Assembly: GCF_004010195.1 (NCBI RefSeq)
Contig: NC_057719.1
Coordinates: 92,622,037-92,644,019, forward strand
Direction of reading: 5' to 3'
Source of the DNA: Chiloscyllium plagiosum
Lineage: Eukaryota
Length of the DNA: 21,983 nucleotides
Positions 21,124 through 21,983 of this stretch are shown here, in pieces. The notes under the pieces are model-generated. The model saw only the letters and a list, made by a program, of their open reading frames with translations. It ran no database searches and was not told the DNA's origin. The translations under genes and the position numbers were made by a program. Each line of letters begins with the position of its first letter. Position 1 is the first letter of the stretch.

Positions 21124-21327
21124 CAGAGTCATAGAGTCATAGAGATGTACAGCATTAAACCGACCCTTCAGCCGAACTCATCCATGCTGACACAATATCC
21201 TAAAAGGTCTAGTACCATTTGCCAGCATTTGGTCCATATCCATCTAAACGCTTCCTATTCATAAACCCATCCAGATGCCTTTCAAAAGTTGTAATTGTAT
21301 CAGCACACACCACCCTCTGTGTGAAAA
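21124..21327 (-). mobile_element. CR1 LINE 3' end
   Basis: TCTATGAC-repeat tail on the minus strand, a 3' UTR stem region, and an FTQRVV...TTFERHLDGFMNRKRLDGYGPNAGKW C-terminus. Confidence 0.85.
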
Positions 21328-21525
21328 ATCATAGAATCCCGTCGGTGTGCCAAAAGGCCATTCAGCCCAACAAATCCAGATCCCTGTCGCTCCATCCTAT
21401 ATTCACTCCTGACTAATGCACCTAACCTACAAATCCCTGAAAACGATAGGCAATACAGCATGGACAATTCATCTAAACTGCAGCTCGTTAGAAGGAAACT
21501 GGAGCACCTGAAGGAAATCCCCACA
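21328..21525 (-). mobile_element. HE1-like V-SINE, 3' part only
   Basis: GGCCATTCAGCCCAACAAATCCA tail and AGGAAACTGGAGCACCTGAAGGAAATCCCCACA V-domain. It is cut off by the CR1 at about 21526. Confidence 0.8.
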
Positions 21526-21983
21526 GCTAAAAGCTAGGATGGACAGAGTCGCCATCTCTGGGTTGTTGCTGGTGCCACGGGACAGTGAGGCAAGGAATAG
21601 GGAGAGAGTGCAGTTGAACACGTGGCTGCAAGGATGGTGTAGGAGGGAGGGCTTCAGGTATTTGGACAATTGGACTGCATTCTGGGGAAGGTGGAACCTG
21701 TACAAGCAGGACGGGTTGCACCTGAACTAGAAGGGCACCAATATCCTGGGGGGCAGGTTTGCTAGCACCCTCCGGGGGGGGGATTTAAACTAATTTGGCA
21801 GGGGGATGGGATCCGGACTTGTAGTCCAGCAAGTAGGCTAGCTGTTTGTCAGCATGTCCAAGAATGTAGGGAGGCTGTGGAGAAGGTAGCACTGACAGGG
21901 AATACTTACGGACACAGAGATGGGTTCAAGTGCGTATACTTCAACGCAAGGAGTATCAGAAATAAGGTCAGTGAACTTAAGGC
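21526..21983 (+). mobile_element. Relatively young CR1 LINE: ORF1 esterase C-terminus and start of the ORF2 APE endonuclease (runs off the window)
   Basis: ORF1 reads RVAISGLLLVP...LNTWLQGWCRREGFRYLDNW..FWGRWNLYKQDGLHLN*KGTNILGGRFASTLRGGDLN* (SGNH DxxH motif; premature TAG at 21728; end at 21793). The ORF2 frame is open from 21766 to the window end and contains FKCVYFNARSIRNKVSELK. Confidence 0.93.

Noticed and set aside
494..21730. Remaining 60-140 aa ORFs in the track as host genes
   Set aside because: They map to LINE, SINE or LTR remnants or their antisense frames, or lack any recognisable domain or splice context.

Overview
Eukaryotic, AT-rich, repeat-dense genomic DNA from a cartilaginous fish. 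The assignment to an elasmobranch, probably a shark, is inferred from HE1/V-SINE copies, CR1/HER1-type LINEs and the receptor family. The window holds one intact host gene: a two-exon class A orphan GPCR of the GPR139/GPR142-like type (exon 1 2438-2507, missed by the ORF track; exon 2 4585-5492; 325 aa spliced). Most of the rest is nested, largely decayed retroelements: several CR1-clade LINEs, HE1/V-SINE and DeuSINE-like SINEs, Penelope-like terminal fragments, and an internally deleted Gmr1-like Gypsy LTR element with a tRNA-Pro PBS. Main leads: (1) a divergent GPR139-like receptor with almost no N-terminus, possibly from a lineage-expanded sensory family; (2) a U-UUA-AAC -1 frameshift heptamer at the CR1 ORF1/ORF2 junction, where ORF2 has no ATG; (3) a 67-bp Penelope-like insert flanked by a 65-bp duplication; (4) a possibly chimeric mini-LTR element. 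Family names were assigned by eye from remembered motifs, not by database search, and most repeat boundaries are approximate.
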